NCBI GenBank assembly: GCA_965231085.1
Contig: OZ246413.1
Span: 270,638 to 334,637, forward strand
Direction: 5' to 3'
Length of the DNA: 64,000 nt
Origin: an uncultured Candidatus Saccharibacteria bacterium
GTDB taxonomy: Bacteria > Patescibacteriota > Saccharimonadia > Saccharimonadales > UBA10212
A program made the translations under genes and the position numbers. Below, piece after piece: positions 27,343-37,092 of the stretch. The notes beneath the pieces are model-generated. The model ran no database searches. It saw only the letters and a program-made list of their open reading frames with translations, and was not told the origin of the DNA. The number at the start of each line of letters is the position of its first letter. Position 1 is the stretch's first letter.

Positions 27343-28704
27343 CTAGTCAAAAGGCTGGTCGTGAGCTGCATCGAGATCTCTAAATATTTGTTTCTGCCTA
27401 TCGAAGTAGATGTCGATATTTTTTGTTGGTCCGTTTCGATGCTTTTTTACTAAAACCTCCATAATATTCTGTTTTTCGGTATTCGGGTTGTAATACTCTT
27501 CTCGGTATAAAAAGGCTACCACATCGGCGTCTTGCTCGATCGATCCGGATTCACGCAGATCAGCTAGTTGCGGGATTTGCGGGGTTCTGCTCTCTACCGA
27601 TCGGCTAAGTTGAGATAGCGCCAGTACTGGCACGTTAAGTTCCCTAGCCAAGATTTTTAAGTTTCGGCTGATTTCCGATATTTCCTGAACTCGATTAGAA
27701 GTAGAGGCAAATCTTGAGCCACCACTCATTAACTGTAGATAATCCACCACTATTAGAGCCAAGGGGTGTTGATGATGTAGCCGTCTAGCCTTGGTTCTCA
27801 TGTCGCTAACCGTAATTCCTGACGTGTCATCAATAAATATTGGGGCCTCTGCTAGTTTTCCCATACCTGCACTTAGCTTCTCAAAGTCCTTGTCGGTCAA
27901 ACCTTCACCGGTTCGAAGCTTCCAGGCATCCACACCAGCTTCTGCCGCCAGCAGACGGTCTACTAGCTGTTCTTTACCCATTTCGAGACTGAATAGCAAT
28001 ACGGAGCCTTGTTTAGCCTTTGTGGCTACGTTTAACGCAATATTAAGCATCAGAGCAGTCTTACCCATGCTTGGGCGGGCTGCCAGTACAATAAGGTCAG
28101 ATCGTTGGAGACCGGCCAGCAGCTTATCTAGATCTCTAAGTCCAGTCGGGATACCTCTAATTCCGCCTTTGTGGCGATGTAAATCGTCTAAGCGATCAAA
28201 GCTATCCCCCAATATAGATTCAAGACTGGTGATATCTTGTCGAACATGGCGGTTACTAACCTCGAATAACCTAGTTTCGGCTTCCTCGATCAATTCTTGT
28301 AGTGTTTTAGACTCGTCCGAACCAATCTCGGAAATGTCCTTAGAAGCGGAGATTAAGCGTCTTCTAATGGCCTTGTCGGCTACTATCTCGGCGTATTGCT
28401 CAAGGTGCGATGCGGTTGGTACGGTATTAGTTAATTCGGTTAAGTAGCTCGCGCCACCAATCGCTTCCAATTGGTCGCTTGATCTAAGCTGCTCACTTAA
28501 TGTCAAAATATCTATGGGGCTTCGCTTATCATGCAGAATACGCATTGCAGCAAATATTGCCTTATGACGGCTATCATAAAAATCATCTTGTCTAACAACG
28601 TCAGCAATCTTAATAAACGAATCACTATCTATTAATAGGCTGCCTAGTAGACTGGCCTCTATATCAATATTCTGCGGGACAGTAGATGCATTGCTGTTTG
28701 CCAT
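27343..28704 (-). CDS. dnaB: Replicative DNA helicase DnaB
   Basis: VPQNIDIEASLLGSLL; Walker A ARPSMGKTAL; VVDYLQLM; IEQDADVV. Confidence 0.92.
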   Translation of the reverse strand: MANSNASTVPQNIDIEASLLGSLLIDSDSFIKIADVVRQDDFYDSRHKAIFAAMRILHDKRSPIDILTLSEQLRSSDQLEAIGGASYLTELTNTVPTASHLEQYAEIVADKAIRRRLISASKDISEIGSDESKTLQELIEEAETRLFEVSNRHVRQDITSLESILGDSFDRLDDLHRHKGGIRGIPTGLRDLDKLLAGLQRSDLIVLAARPSMGKTALMLNIALNVATKAKQGSVLLFSLEMGKEQLVDRLLAAEAGVDAWKLRTGEGLTDKDFEKLSAGMGKLAEAPIFIDDTSGITVSDMRTKARRLHHQHPLALIVVDYLQLMSGGSRFASTSNRVQEISEISRNLKILARELNVPVLALSQLSRSVESRTPQIPQLADLRESGSIEQDADVVAFLYREEYYNPNTEKQNIMEVLVKKHRNGPTKNIDIYFDRQKQIFRDLDAAHDQPFD

Positions 28705-28719
28705 ATTACCCTTTGCTTA

Positions 28720-30147
28720 TCATGATTCTAGCATCTCGGCATTGCCAAAAATATTGCTTATGGTATTAATAACTTCTGGTTTGGCACTGGCTAAAGCTGG
28801 CTTATTATCGGTGTTGCCAGGGGCGTCCTGGCTAACCACGGCCTCAATTATGAGCTTTTGACCTGTAATCTCAGAAACTACCTTGCTTATTAAGTCTTTG
28901 TGTTGGGCCTGATTTATCTTTTTTTGGTGTAGGGGGAACTTAAAGGCAAGAATCAACTTATCATCAGAAACACTCGGTTTCGCCAAACGAAGAGCTGTAT
29001 AAATGGATGCAGCCTGGTTCTTAACCTTGTCTGTAATTTCATCCCAGGTGGTATCGTTGAACTCTCTGATCGACGCTGATTTTTTAGTTTCGGTGGGCCT
29101 GGCTTTATTCACCTTGGCCTCGGTCGCTGGGTGGTATTGTTCCTTAGGAGGAGCAATTATATTTTCATCCTTGGCTGGTGTGCCAGAGCTAGGGTTGTTA
29201 AGAGCTGCCTCAACAAGAATTATCTCTAGCAGTCGCTCCGGATTAGGGCTGGCCGCTATAGTCAGGAGCTCTCTTAATAGTTTCAGCTGTTCTGGGCCCC
29301 CAGAATTTTTTATAAATTCCTGACGCACAGTTTTTGCTATTTGATTGGATAAAACTGTGGCATTTGAGCCGTAGGCAAACATATCGCCCAAATGCTCAAC
29401 AACTCGTTGTGGGTTGCCTTGGTTGATGGCGTCAATAATTTGATCGATACTCTCCTGGTTCGGAAGGCCCAGGAATTGGCTAATTTGACTCTCATCAATC
29501 TCGCCGGCTGAACTAGAGCGCAATTGATCGAGCAAACTAATACTATCTCTAAAACTGCCCTGTCCATGTTCTGCGATTAATCCTAAAGCCTTATCGCTAA
29601 CCGTAATCTTTTCTTTATTTGCGATAGTTTTAAGCTGCGAGACGGCATCGGCAACTGATATCGGCTTGAATTCAAATTTCTGTGTTCTGCTGGTGATAGT
29701 CTCAGGTAATTTATGTGATTCGGTCGTTGCTAATATAAAAATGCAGTGAGCTGGCGGTTCCTCAAGAGTTTTCAGTAGAGCGTTAAAGGCCTCGCGCGTT
29801 AGCATATGAACCTCGTCAATTATGTAAACTTTGTACTTGGCGCTAGTTGGGCTGATATGTACTTTATCTCTAAGGTCGCGAATTTCATCTATACGTCGGT
29901 TGCTGGCGGCATCGATCTCGATTATATCTAAATGAGTTGATTCGTCGTCATAATCTAGGTCGTTAACTGCATGAGCCAGAATCCTGGCAATACTAGTCTT
30001 ACCAACGCCCTTGGGGCCTGTAAAAAGGTAAGCATGGCTAATCCGACCAGACTTAATAGCCGATTCCAGTGTGTCGGTTATGTGTTTTTGGCCAACCGCA
30101 TCAGCAAACGACTTTGGCCGATATTTTCGATACAATGCCTGTCCCAT
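28720..30147 (-). CDS. dnaX: DNA polymerase III subunit gamma/tau
   Basis: YRKYRPKSFADAVGQ; GPKGVGKTS; YIIDEVHML; TLEEPP. Confidence 0.9.
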   Translation of the reverse strand: MGQALYRKYRPKSFADAVGQKHITDTLESAIKSGRISHAYLFTGPKGVGKTSIARILAHAVNDLDYDDESTHLDIIEIDAASNRRIDEIRDLRDKVHISPTSAKYKVYIIDEVHMLTREAFNALLKTLEEPPAHCIFILATTESHKLPETITSRTQKFEFKPISVADAVSQLKTIANKEKITVSDKALGLIAEHGQGSFRDSISLLDQLRSSSAGEIDESQISQFLGLPNQESIDQIIDAINQGNPQRVVEHLGDMFAYGSNATVLSNQIAKTVRQEFIKNSGGPEQLKLLRELLTIAASPNPERLLEIILVEAALNNPSSGTPAKDENIIAPPKEQYHPATEAKVNKARPTETKKSASIREFNDTTWDEITDKVKNQAASIYTALRLAKPSVSDDKLILAFKFPLHQKKINQAQHKDLISKVVSEITGQKLIIEAVVSQDAPGNTDNKPALASAKPEVINTISNIFGNAEMLES

Positions 30148-30248
30148 AGCCTATTAATTATACGTTTTATGTTGTGTCATTGCTGTTGTGAAATCAGTTT
30201 ATCAACCCAGCAATGTAATATGTTTTATCAGGAAGCGAAGAGTAGCCG

Positions 30249-30809
30249 CTAAAGTGCGGCTTCGAGCGCGGCCCATTCGGCATCAACCGAGGGGTCCTCT
30301 GGTATATTTACGCTAACTTGGTCGCCTGGCTTGGCTTTAAAGTAAGTAACACTGGCCAGTAGTACGCGGTATACCTTGCCGTCTACATCAACGGTATAAT
30401 GGCCATCATTTTGCTTCAACACGCCAACTACTTGCCGTCTTGGGACGGGGCCAATTTGCTTGTACATAAACGCTCCATCGTCAGCAATAGTAAGTTTTAG
30501 AATGTCGCCCTGAACTAACTTGGACTTACTGGCGTAATTAGCTGGAACTGGGTATGTCTTGCCATCACTGCCAACCATGTTCTGTCCGTCAAAGACTCCT
30601 TCAATAATTTTACCCAGGGATTGATCTTTAACTTTTTCAGATAAAACAGGATCTTCGCCAACAATACTAACTAGCAGCTCTTTAGTGGCTGCTAATGCAG
30701 TTTCGGCTTCGGCAATCAATGCTCGCAGTCTTTTGATTTGTTTTTCTGGAATATCTGCCATTTTGTTTTCACTCCCCTTATTGACGGTATTTGTTTGGTC
30801 AATATTCAT
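30249..30809 (-). CDS. Hypothetical protein
   Basis: Predicted coiled N-terminus; no motif recognised. The start may be the internal MADIPEKQ. Confidence 0.45.
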   Translation of the reverse strand: MNIDQTNTVNKGSENKMADIPEKQIKRLRALIAEAETALAATKELLVSIVGEDPVLSEKVKDQSLGKIIEGVFDGQNMVGSDGKTYPVPANYASKSKLVQGDILKLTIADDGAFMYKQIGPVPRRQVVGVLKQNDGHYTVDVDGKVYRVLLASVTYFKAKPGDQVSVNIPEDPSVDAEWAALEAAL

Positions 30810-30878
30810 CCCAAACGTACCATATAGGGAGACTCAAGTCAAAAAGTAAAGTCAAAGTTGTGGATAACCAACTAAAAA

Positions 30879-30901
30879 CTGCTCAAAAATAATTTGAGCA
30901 G
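30879..30901 (-). terminator. Rho-independent terminator after rplL
   Basis: Stem ctgctcaaa / tttgagcag; the minus sense is followed by uuuuu. Confidence 0.65.
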
Positions 30902-30926
30902 TAATTAGTTGCGCCTAAAGTCTTGC

Positions 30927-31331
30927 TTAGGCTAGTTCAACTGTAGCGCCAGCCTCTTCAAGGGCTTTTTTAGCGGCTTCAGCGTCTTCTTTGTTAGCTT
31001 TTTCCTTAACGGCCTTTGGAGCACCGTCAACAATTGCCTTTGCTTCACCTAGTCCAAGACCGGTGATGTCTTTAACGGCCTTGATTACAGCTACTTTTTG
31101 AGCACCGGCATCCTTAAGGATAACGTCGTACTCGCTTTTCTCTTCAGCTGCAGCGGTTTCGCCGGCAGCAGCAGGAGCAGCCATAGCAACAGCTGGTGCT
31201 GCAGCACTGACGCCCCAGTACTCTTCTAGGAACTTAACGAACTTGCTGATTTCTAGCGCACTTAGTTTGTCTAGTTGTTCAACTAGAGTAGCGAACTCTT
31301 TTGGTACTTCTACCTTGTTTTCATCTGCCAT
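30927..31331 (-). CDS. rplL: 50S ribosomal protein L7/L12
   Basis: Ala-rich hinge and C-terminal [27 protein letters not shown]. Confidence 0.92.
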   Translation of the reverse strand: MADENKVEVPKEFATLVEQLDKLSALEISKFVKFLEEYWGVSAAAPAVAMAAPAAAGETAAAEEKSEYDVILKDAGAQKVAVIKAVKDITGLGLGEAKAIVDGAPKAVKEKANKEDAEAAKKALEEAGATVELA

Positions 31332-31342
31332 TTTAATTCTCC

Positions 31343-31876
31343 TTAGTTGCCCATGCCATCGGCACGAGCGGTTAATACATTTAGTAATCCTCGAACATTA
31401 CCTGCCATCACATTTACAAATCCGCTAATTGGAGCAGCGATAGTGCCAACCAGTTGGGCGCGTAATTGATCCTTGCTTGGTAGGCTTGCAAGAGCCTTGA
31501 TGTCGTCAGCTGTTAACATTGTTCCATCGACTGATATGCCACCAACAAACACGACCTGTGGTTCATTTTTTGCAAAATTAGCCAAGGTTTGTGCTGGGGC
31601 TACTTCGTCAGTAGAGTTAAAGGCATACATTAGCTGGCCTTTTAGAAGGCTTAGGTCTAGATCCTTCAGGGAATCATTTGACTCAAGCGCCTTCTTAAAC
31701 AAGCGGTTCTTAACAACAATTATCTGTGTGCCGTTATCTTTGGCGCTTTTCCGTAAAGCCTGCATAGACTTAACTGAAGTACCTCGGTATTCGGCAAACA
31801 CTGTTAGTTTAGAACTAGCTAGTAAGCTAGCAACCTCATCGACAATCACGGCTTTCTTATCTTTTGTTAAAGCCAT
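31343..31876 (-). CDS. rplJ: 50S ribosomal protein L10
   Basis: Immediately upstream of rplL; size and N-terminus ([15 protein letters not shown]) are typical of L10. Confidence 0.88.
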   Translation of the reverse strand: MALTKDKKAVIVDEVASLLASSKLTVFAEYRGTSVKSMQALRKSAKDNGTQIIVVKNRLFKKALESNDSLKDLDLSLLKGQLMYAFNSTDEVAPAQTLANFAKNEPQVVFVGGISVDGTMLTADDIKALASLPSKDQLRAQLVGTIAAPISGFVNVMAGNVRGLLNVLTARADGMGN

Positions 31877-32125
31877 AGTTTATTCCTTCGATTAGTTTGT
31901 TAATTTAATTTGTTAACGAGCTTCTTGGTCGACAAAGTTATAAAAAATCTCTGCGCCATATTCTAGCCAGAGACATAATTAACAATCTTGATGAATCGTT
32001 ATTACCTTGGTAGCTTTTCTGGGAGTTCCCAGGCGATTAAGCTTGATTCAAGCAGCTACTGTCTTTGGCTAAACTAGCCACAATTGTAACACTTGTTAGG
32101 TTAATCGGCAAGAGTTTATAAGAGG
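31877..32125 (-). promoter_or_regulatory. Possible rplJ (L10) leader
   Basis: A 249-nt untranslated gap upstream of rplJ containing the palindromic hairpin ctgggagttcccag. Assigned by position only. Confidence 0.3.
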
Positions 32126-34045
32126 TTATTTTTTCTTTTTACGGCTTGGTTTCTTCTGCGAAGTTACTCGATCTAACCTAGAAATAATTTCAGCAGCAAT
32201 TGGATGAACTTCCGACACCTTCTCAATCAGTGAATCAACAATTCCCGCGTCAGTAGTATCTCGAGTTGTTCTAAATAGCTCTCGTAGGTAGCCTAGCGAA
32301 CAAACAATCTGAAACCGCGATTTGTGGCCTAGCATAACGCCGTAAACTGCAGTCTCCGGAGTGTTCGTTGATTGCAGTATGCTATAAAGCTCCAGTGATT
32401 TGTCGAATATGTTCAGGTACTCGTCTAAGGCTCCAATTTTTTCAATAGATTCAGGAACTTCGTAACCATATCGTGGGGTTGGCGCCTGAACCTGAATAGT
32501 GTGGTATAGACTAGACTTGTCTAGCTGGATCAAAGCACTGCGTTCCGACGTAACATCAAACTTATAGGTAAGCTGCTCGGGTAGGCTGTTTTTGTTGCCT
32601 AGTATGGCTAAAGTTAGCGCCTCGACTTTTTGCTTATAGGAAAGTTTATCGATTTGATCGGCAAGCTCAGCTCTGGGTAGGTCGCTTTTAGGATAAATAA
32701 CATCAATTAGGGCTTTAAACTCGTTTCTCGGGCTGGCATCGAGGAGTTTAACAGCCTCACCTACTGATGAAAGGGTTTGTGGTACATGATCGTTAACAAT
32801 CCGTTTAATAATAGCCTCTATTTTTTCTGGTTCGTTAGCCGCCAAACTGTGTTGAGCTGATTTAATTTTTCGGCCCCAACTTTTGCTAGAGTGTCGGTTA
32901 ATCTCATCTAGTAGAGCATCAGCCTCTGGCAGGTTAAGACTAACTAGTTTTTCGGCCAGGCTAGTTGCATCGGAATAATCTAGGTTAAGTTGGTAGCTCC
33001 CAAAGGCTGCTAGAGGAGTGCTTGGTAGAGATAGATCTCTCGGCAGATCGTTAACCCTGATCTTTTTATCAAGCTTTCTCCGGTTGGCAATAATATCTTC
33101 CATGATGAACCTTAGCTTATTCTGTGTCTTTTGAGCCAATCCCTCAGGGACATAGTAGCCATAGTTGTTACCCGGCCAATTTTTATCAATATTGTTTTTA
33201 GGAAGCCAGGCTCTAATTTCTTGCGCAAGCAGCAAGCTGATATTTCGTGATATGACAATCTCGGTCTGTTCACTAGTTTGTTGCTCATTAGGGGCTGCAG
33301 TTGTACTTGTATCGGATAAATTGACTGTAACGGGATGGCCGGCGTTCGTGGCTGGTCTCGGTGGTAGAGCAGGTTGAATTATCTCCCAGATGATATTGTT
33401 AATCTCAGGAATAGTCATTAGCTGGTTGTCTCTCATGCAGTCAATGGCTTTAAAATCATTTGGGAATATCTCGCACAGCAGGTCGTAGGTTTTAACTGAG
33501 TTTCGGAGATGTTCTAAATCCTTCTCATGCTGGTCGCGACTTTCGCTAGTGTAGGATCTAGCTTGCTTCTTACTAATCAGATCAAATGACGTTTCTGCCG
33601 GTACTCTTAGGAAAATATTTAAATTAGGTCGTGGCAAGTTAAGCAGTTGGTATTCTAAGCTATCCTCCCAAACAAAAAAACTTCGTTGTTCCATTGGGTC
33701 CCTCAACTTTGAACCTTGGTGTGCCATGTTTGATCCGACATAACGATTTGAAAGGACAATCTTACCATCTCTGAGGGCTTGTCTGATTCGGCCAGAAGCT
33801 TCATATCGATCGAGTGCAAAGAATAAGGAGGCAGTGTAAGGGCTAATTTGATTAGCCGGTCCTAACTCACCATTCAGATATTTTTTAACAAAGAAGCTAG
33901 AGTCGCTCTCGTACTGTGGAAAATCAAAGACCTCAACTTCGTAACCAACAGCCTTCAAGCGTTCGGTTAGTAACTTGAACTGAGTTCCCTTACCTGAACC
34001 GTCAGCGCCTTCTAGGACTAAAAATGTACCAGTTGGGTTTTGCAT
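32126..34045 (-). CDS. tmk: Thymidylate kinase fused to a ~430-aa C-terminal domain of unknown function
   Basis: N-terminal LVLEGADGSGKGTQFKLL (P-loop) and SNRYVGSNMAHQG are typical of dTMP kinase. The C-terminal 430 aa are unassigned, with a faint ThyX-like stretch (AVYGVMLGHKSRFQIVCSLGYLRELF). Confidence 0.7.
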   Translation of the reverse strand: MQNPTGTFLVLEGADGSGKGTQFKLLTERLKAVGYEVEVFDFPQYESDSSFFVKKYLNGELGPANQISPYTASLFFALDRYEASGRIRQALRDGKIVLSNRYVGSNMAHQGSKLRDPMEQRSFFVWEDSLEYQLLNLPRPNLNIFLRVPAETSFDLISKKQARSYTSESRDQHEKDLEHLRNSVKTYDLLCEIFPNDFKAIDCMRDNQLMTIPEINNIIWEIIQPALPPRPATNAGHPVTVNLSDTSTTAAPNEQQTSEQTEIVISRNISLLLAQEIRAWLPKNNIDKNWPGNNYGYYVPEGLAQKTQNKLRFIMEDIIANRRKLDKKIRVNDLPRDLSLPSTPLAAFGSYQLNLDYSDATSLAEKLVSLNLPEADALLDEINRHSSKSWGRKIKSAQHSLAANEPEKIEAIIKRIVNDHVPQTLSSVGEAVKLLDASPRNEFKALIDVIYPKSDLPRAELADQIDKLSYKQKVEALTLAILGNKNSLPEQLTYKFDVTSERSALIQLDKSSLYHTIQVQAPTPRYGYEVPESIEKIGALDEYLNIFDKSLELYSILQSTNTPETAVYGVMLGHKSRFQIVCSLGYLRELFRTTRDTTDAGIVDSLIEKVSEVHPIAAEIISRLDRVTSQKKPSRKKKK

Positions 34046-34055
34046 AGGTTAACCA

Positions 34056-34781
34056 TTACTTTTTCCCACCGCGCTTAGTTTTGCTAGCTAATCCATTGAT
34101 TTTAATTGGCATGGCCCGACTATCCTTATAGGCCCGAGGTAGCATCTGTTCTGGTGCCCAGTTTTTGATTAGGGCATCGAGGTCGTCACTTGAGCCAGTT
34201 TGGTACTTACCACTGAGTTTCTTATACTCGCCGTCTACAGGGCCGGTTTCGTGGAAAACCATCTGGGCAATTCGTTCGCCGATTGGCAGAACGACGCTCT
34301 CATGTTGGTTCATATTATAAATCTCAAGAGTCCAGCGGTTAATATAACCGGGGTCTCCCCAGCCAGCGTCAAGACAAACTGCAACACCGTTTCGGCCCCA
34401 TGTACTACGGGCCTGAAGGGTGCTAGTACCAGGCGCCTTAATGCCGATAAATTCATGTGTGTGCGCCAGAATTCTCTCGTTAGGCCTTAGCACAATAATT
34501 GGGTGCTTGGGTGGAATGCCTACGAACAGCTGACGTCCATTAGTCTTGGCCCATTCCTCGTGAGTTTGCGCCTGGTATGGCCCATCAAAATATCGAGATA
34601 CATCTTCCTTATCGAAAGGGTTGTAGAAGCCACTGCTACCGGTTCGCTCAGTTCTATAGAACCAGTCCCCAAGAGTTACGTCTATACTAGTCCCGGCAAT
34701 GTTTCCTGGATTTAATGGGTGACAAATTATATGCCCAGCCTCGATTGCGACCTGTATTTGTATGTTACTGTAGACGCCCAT
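34056..34781 (-). CDS. dCTP deaminase / dUTPase-superfamily protein (long form)
   Basis: SIDVTLG, ARSTWGRNGV, LDAGWGDPGYINRWTLEIYN and RIAQMVF match the dCTP deaminase family. At 241 aa it is longer than a typical Dcd. Confidence 0.7.
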   Translation of the reverse strand: MGVYSNIQIQVAIEAGHIICHPLNPGNIAGTSIDVTLGDWFYRTERTGSSGFYNPFDKEDVSRYFDGPYQAQTHEEWAKTNGRQLFVGIPPKHPIIVLRPNERILAHTHEFIGIKAPGTSTLQARSTWGRNGVAVCLDAGWGDPGYINRWTLEIYNMNQHESVVLPIGERIAQMVFHETGPVDGEYKKLSGKYQTGSSDDLDALIKNWAPEQMLPRAYKDSRAMPIKINGLASKTKRGGKK

Positions 34782-34847
34782 TAAATCTCCTCTACATATA
34801 GTTTACAGATATGTAGTTGACCAATCAAATAGCAATATGTTGTAGTA

Positions 34848-35783
34848 TTAGCTCCGCGAGTTTATATCGACTTTAATACCAGGGCCCATGGTTGTTGTAA
34901 CGGTAATAGCTTCTATGAAGTTACCTTTAATGCTGCTTGGCTTAGCATTTCGAATACTGGTCATTACTGCCTCAGCGTTTTGCATAAGTTTGTTAGCCCC
35001 AAAACTTACCTTGCCTATACCAAGATGGATTATTCCAGCTTGGTCTACGCGGTATTCAACCTTACCGGCCTTTAACTCCTTGATAGCTGTAGAAAAGTCG
35101 GCAGTCACCGTTCCGCTTTTTGGGCTTGGCATCAGTCCCTTAGGTCCAAGAAGTTTAGCGTACTTACCCAATTTTGCCATTAATAGAGGTGTTGATACTA
35201 ATAGATCAAAATTAATATCTTCCTTATCTAGCAAAGCAATAACCTTATCAACGCCAGCAATGTCAGCTCCAGCTGCCTTAGCCTTCGCCTCATCATCAGC
35301 TTCTACAAACGCTGCAATTCGAACTGTCTTACCAGTGCCTGCCGGTAGCGACAAGGTATCGCGAATGTTTTGGTCAGCCTGCTTTGGATCTACGCCAAGG
35401 TTAATGTGAAGCTCAACGGTAGAATCAAACTTAGTAGTGCTTGTTTTTGTAGCAAGCTCCAGAGCTTCGGCTAGGCTATAAATTTTGTCTTTTTCCAATA
35501 ACTTGGCAACCTCTCGATACTTTTTGCTCGAGCGCTCCAGTTTAGTTCTGGTTTTAATAGTCGTTTTAGGCTTAGCAGTGTTGGAGTCAGCCTGTTCGGC
35601 CTTTTTGGACTCCTTGGCTACTTTGGCTTCAGCTTCGGCAATTGCTTTAGCACTTCGTTTACCGGCTTTAGCCGTTGCTTTAACTTTAGGTGCAACTGTG
35701 TCCGATACAGCAGCCACTACTTGTGGTTCTATATCTACAGTATTGTCTACTTTTGCTTCTCCTTTAGTTTTTTTATCGGTCAT
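34848..35783 (-). CDS. rplA: 50S ribosomal protein L1 with a ~80-aa Lys/Ala-rich N-terminal extension
   Basis: The L1 core (FDSTVELHINLGVDPKQADQNIR...GTGKTVRIAAF) is preceded by a KAKA-rich tail. Confidence 0.9.
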   Translation of the reverse strand: MTDKKTKGEAKVDNTVDIEPQVVAAVSDTVAPKVKATAKAGKRSAKAIAEAEAKVAKESKKAEQADSNTAKPKTTIKTRTKLERSSKKYREVAKLLEKDKIYSLAEALELATKTSTTKFDSTVELHINLGVDPKQADQNIRDTLSLPAGTGKTVRIAAFVEADDEAKAKAAGADIAGVDKVIALLDKEDINFDLLVSTPLLMAKLGKYAKLLGPKGLMPSPKSGTVTADFSTAIKELKAGKVEYRVDQAGIIHLGIGKVSFGANKLMQNAEAVMTSIRNAKPSSIKGNFIEAITVTTTMGPGIKVDINSRS

Positions 35784-35844
35784 CTTAATCTCCTTTGTGG
35801 TGCTATCGACTGTTTAAGAACATATCTCCCACAGCAGTTAGTTG

Positions 35845-36270
35845 TTATTCGATCTCTATCCCCATGCTTCGGGCAGTACCAGCCACCATTTTTTTAACAG
35901 CTGGAATATCATCTGTATTCATGTCTATGGCCTTCGCCTCGGCAATTTCAGTTACCTGCGCGTCTGTAAGTTTTTTGGTCAGTTTTTCACTATTTGGCTT
36001 ACCAGAACCCTTATCTACTTTGAGAGCAGCGAGGATACGCTCGTCGGTTGGCGTGCCAACAACTCGCCAATCCATTGTGCGGTCATCGTAGATTGTGATG
36101 TGGACAGTCACAACCTGGCCCATTCGATCCTTAGTTTGCTCGTTAAACGGATTTATAAAATCCATCATATTAACGCCGTGCTGGCCGAGACTAGAGCCAA
36201 CTGGTGGTCCTGCACTAGCTTGCCCGGCACGAATTTTCATCTTCAAATTTGCTTTAACTTCTTTTGCCAT
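35845..36270 (-). CDS. rplK: 50S ribosomal protein L11
   Basis: KMKIRAGQASAGPPVGSSLGQHGVNMMDF. Confidence 0.92.
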   Translation of the reverse strand: MAKEVKANLKMKIRAGQASAGPPVGSSLGQHGVNMMDFINPFNEQTKDRMGQVVTVHITIYDDRTMDWRVVGTPTDERILAALKVDKGSGKPNSEKLTKKLTDAQVTEIAEAKAIDMNTDDIPAVKKMVAGTARSMGIEIE

Positions 36271-36279
36271 AATATTCTC

Positions 36280-36534
36280 CTATAATCGCTCTCTTTTACA
36301 TATAAATCTCGCTACCTGTACGGAGTCTGGTTCAACACTGTACATCCCACCGTCTTGCTCGAGTGGGTAGAGTTCGAATTCGGCCGAACATCCCGGTACA
36401 TCGCAGCTAGCTATCAGCTGCCCTGTTTCTTTATCGGCCTCAACTACTGACCCTGCTACCCGCTCCAGAGTTCCGCCGTTAATCGGTGATACAAGGCCAA
36501 TTTCCAGTGATCTTTCAATAATACATTCAGCCAT
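36280..36534 (-). CDS. Small hypothetical protein (84 aa) between nusG and rplK
   Basis: Intact ORF on the operon strand; no motif recognised. Confidence 0.4.
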   Translation of the reverse strand: MAECIIERSLEIGLVSPINGGTLERVAGSVVEADKETGQLIASCDVPGCSAEFELYPLEQDGGMYSVEPDSVQVARFICKRERL

Positions 36535-36539
36535 TTTTT

Positions 36540-37082
36540 TTAAACCCTCTTTACCTGTAGGCCGTCTAGCTCAACTGGCGTTTCACGGCCAAACATGTTA
36601 ACTAACACTTTAAGCTTGCCCTTTTGAGCATCAATTTCATTAATTGACCCGTCGAAGCCTTTAAATGGCCCGTCGATGATATTAACAACCTCACCAACCT
36701 GGTAATCAAACTTGTGTTTAGGCTCTTCACGACCCATTCGCTTCATAATTTTAGCAATTTCATCAGCGCTAACCGGTGTTGGTTCAGTACCCGTTCCGAC
36801 AAAGCCGGTTACGTTAGGTGTGTTTCTAACAATAAACCATGCGTCTTCAGACAGTTTCATCTCAACTAATACGTAACCTTGAAAAATTCGTTTTTCAACA
36901 ATCTTTCGCTTACCATTCTTAATCTCAATCATCTTCTCCTTAGGAACTAGGACCTGAAAGATCTTGTCACCCATATCAAGGCTGTCCGCACGTTGGCGGA
37001 TACTCTCGGCAACCTTTTCTTCATATCCACTGTAGGTGTGAATGGCATACCATTGTTTACTCGAATCGTATCGTCGGCTCAC
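36540..37082 (-). CDS. nusG: Transcription termination/antitermination factor NusG
   Basis: KQWYAIHTYSGYEEKV (NGN domain) and a C-terminal KOW (GEVVNIIDGPFKGFDG). Confidence 0.9.
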   Translation of the reverse strand: MSRRYDSSKQWYAIHTYSGYEEKVAESIRQRADSLDMGDKIFQVLVPKEKMIEIKNGKRKIVEKRIFQGYVLVEMKLSEDAWFIVRNTPNVTGFVGTGTEPTPVSADEIAKIMKRMGREEPKHKFDYQVGEVVNIIDGPFKGFDGSINEIDAQKGKLKVLVNMFGRETPVELDGLQVKRV

Positions 37083-37092
37083 TTTAACTCCT

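Noticed and set aside
27791-28447. Long antisense ORFs inside housekeeping genes, for example 27791..28447 in dnaB, 34888..35409 and 35485..35817 in rplA, 47308..47751 in rplQ, and 16462..16788 in the OLD gene.
   Set aside because: Each lies fully within a confidently identified gene on the other strand and has S/L/A-rich low-complexity translation. These are ordinary shadow ORFs.
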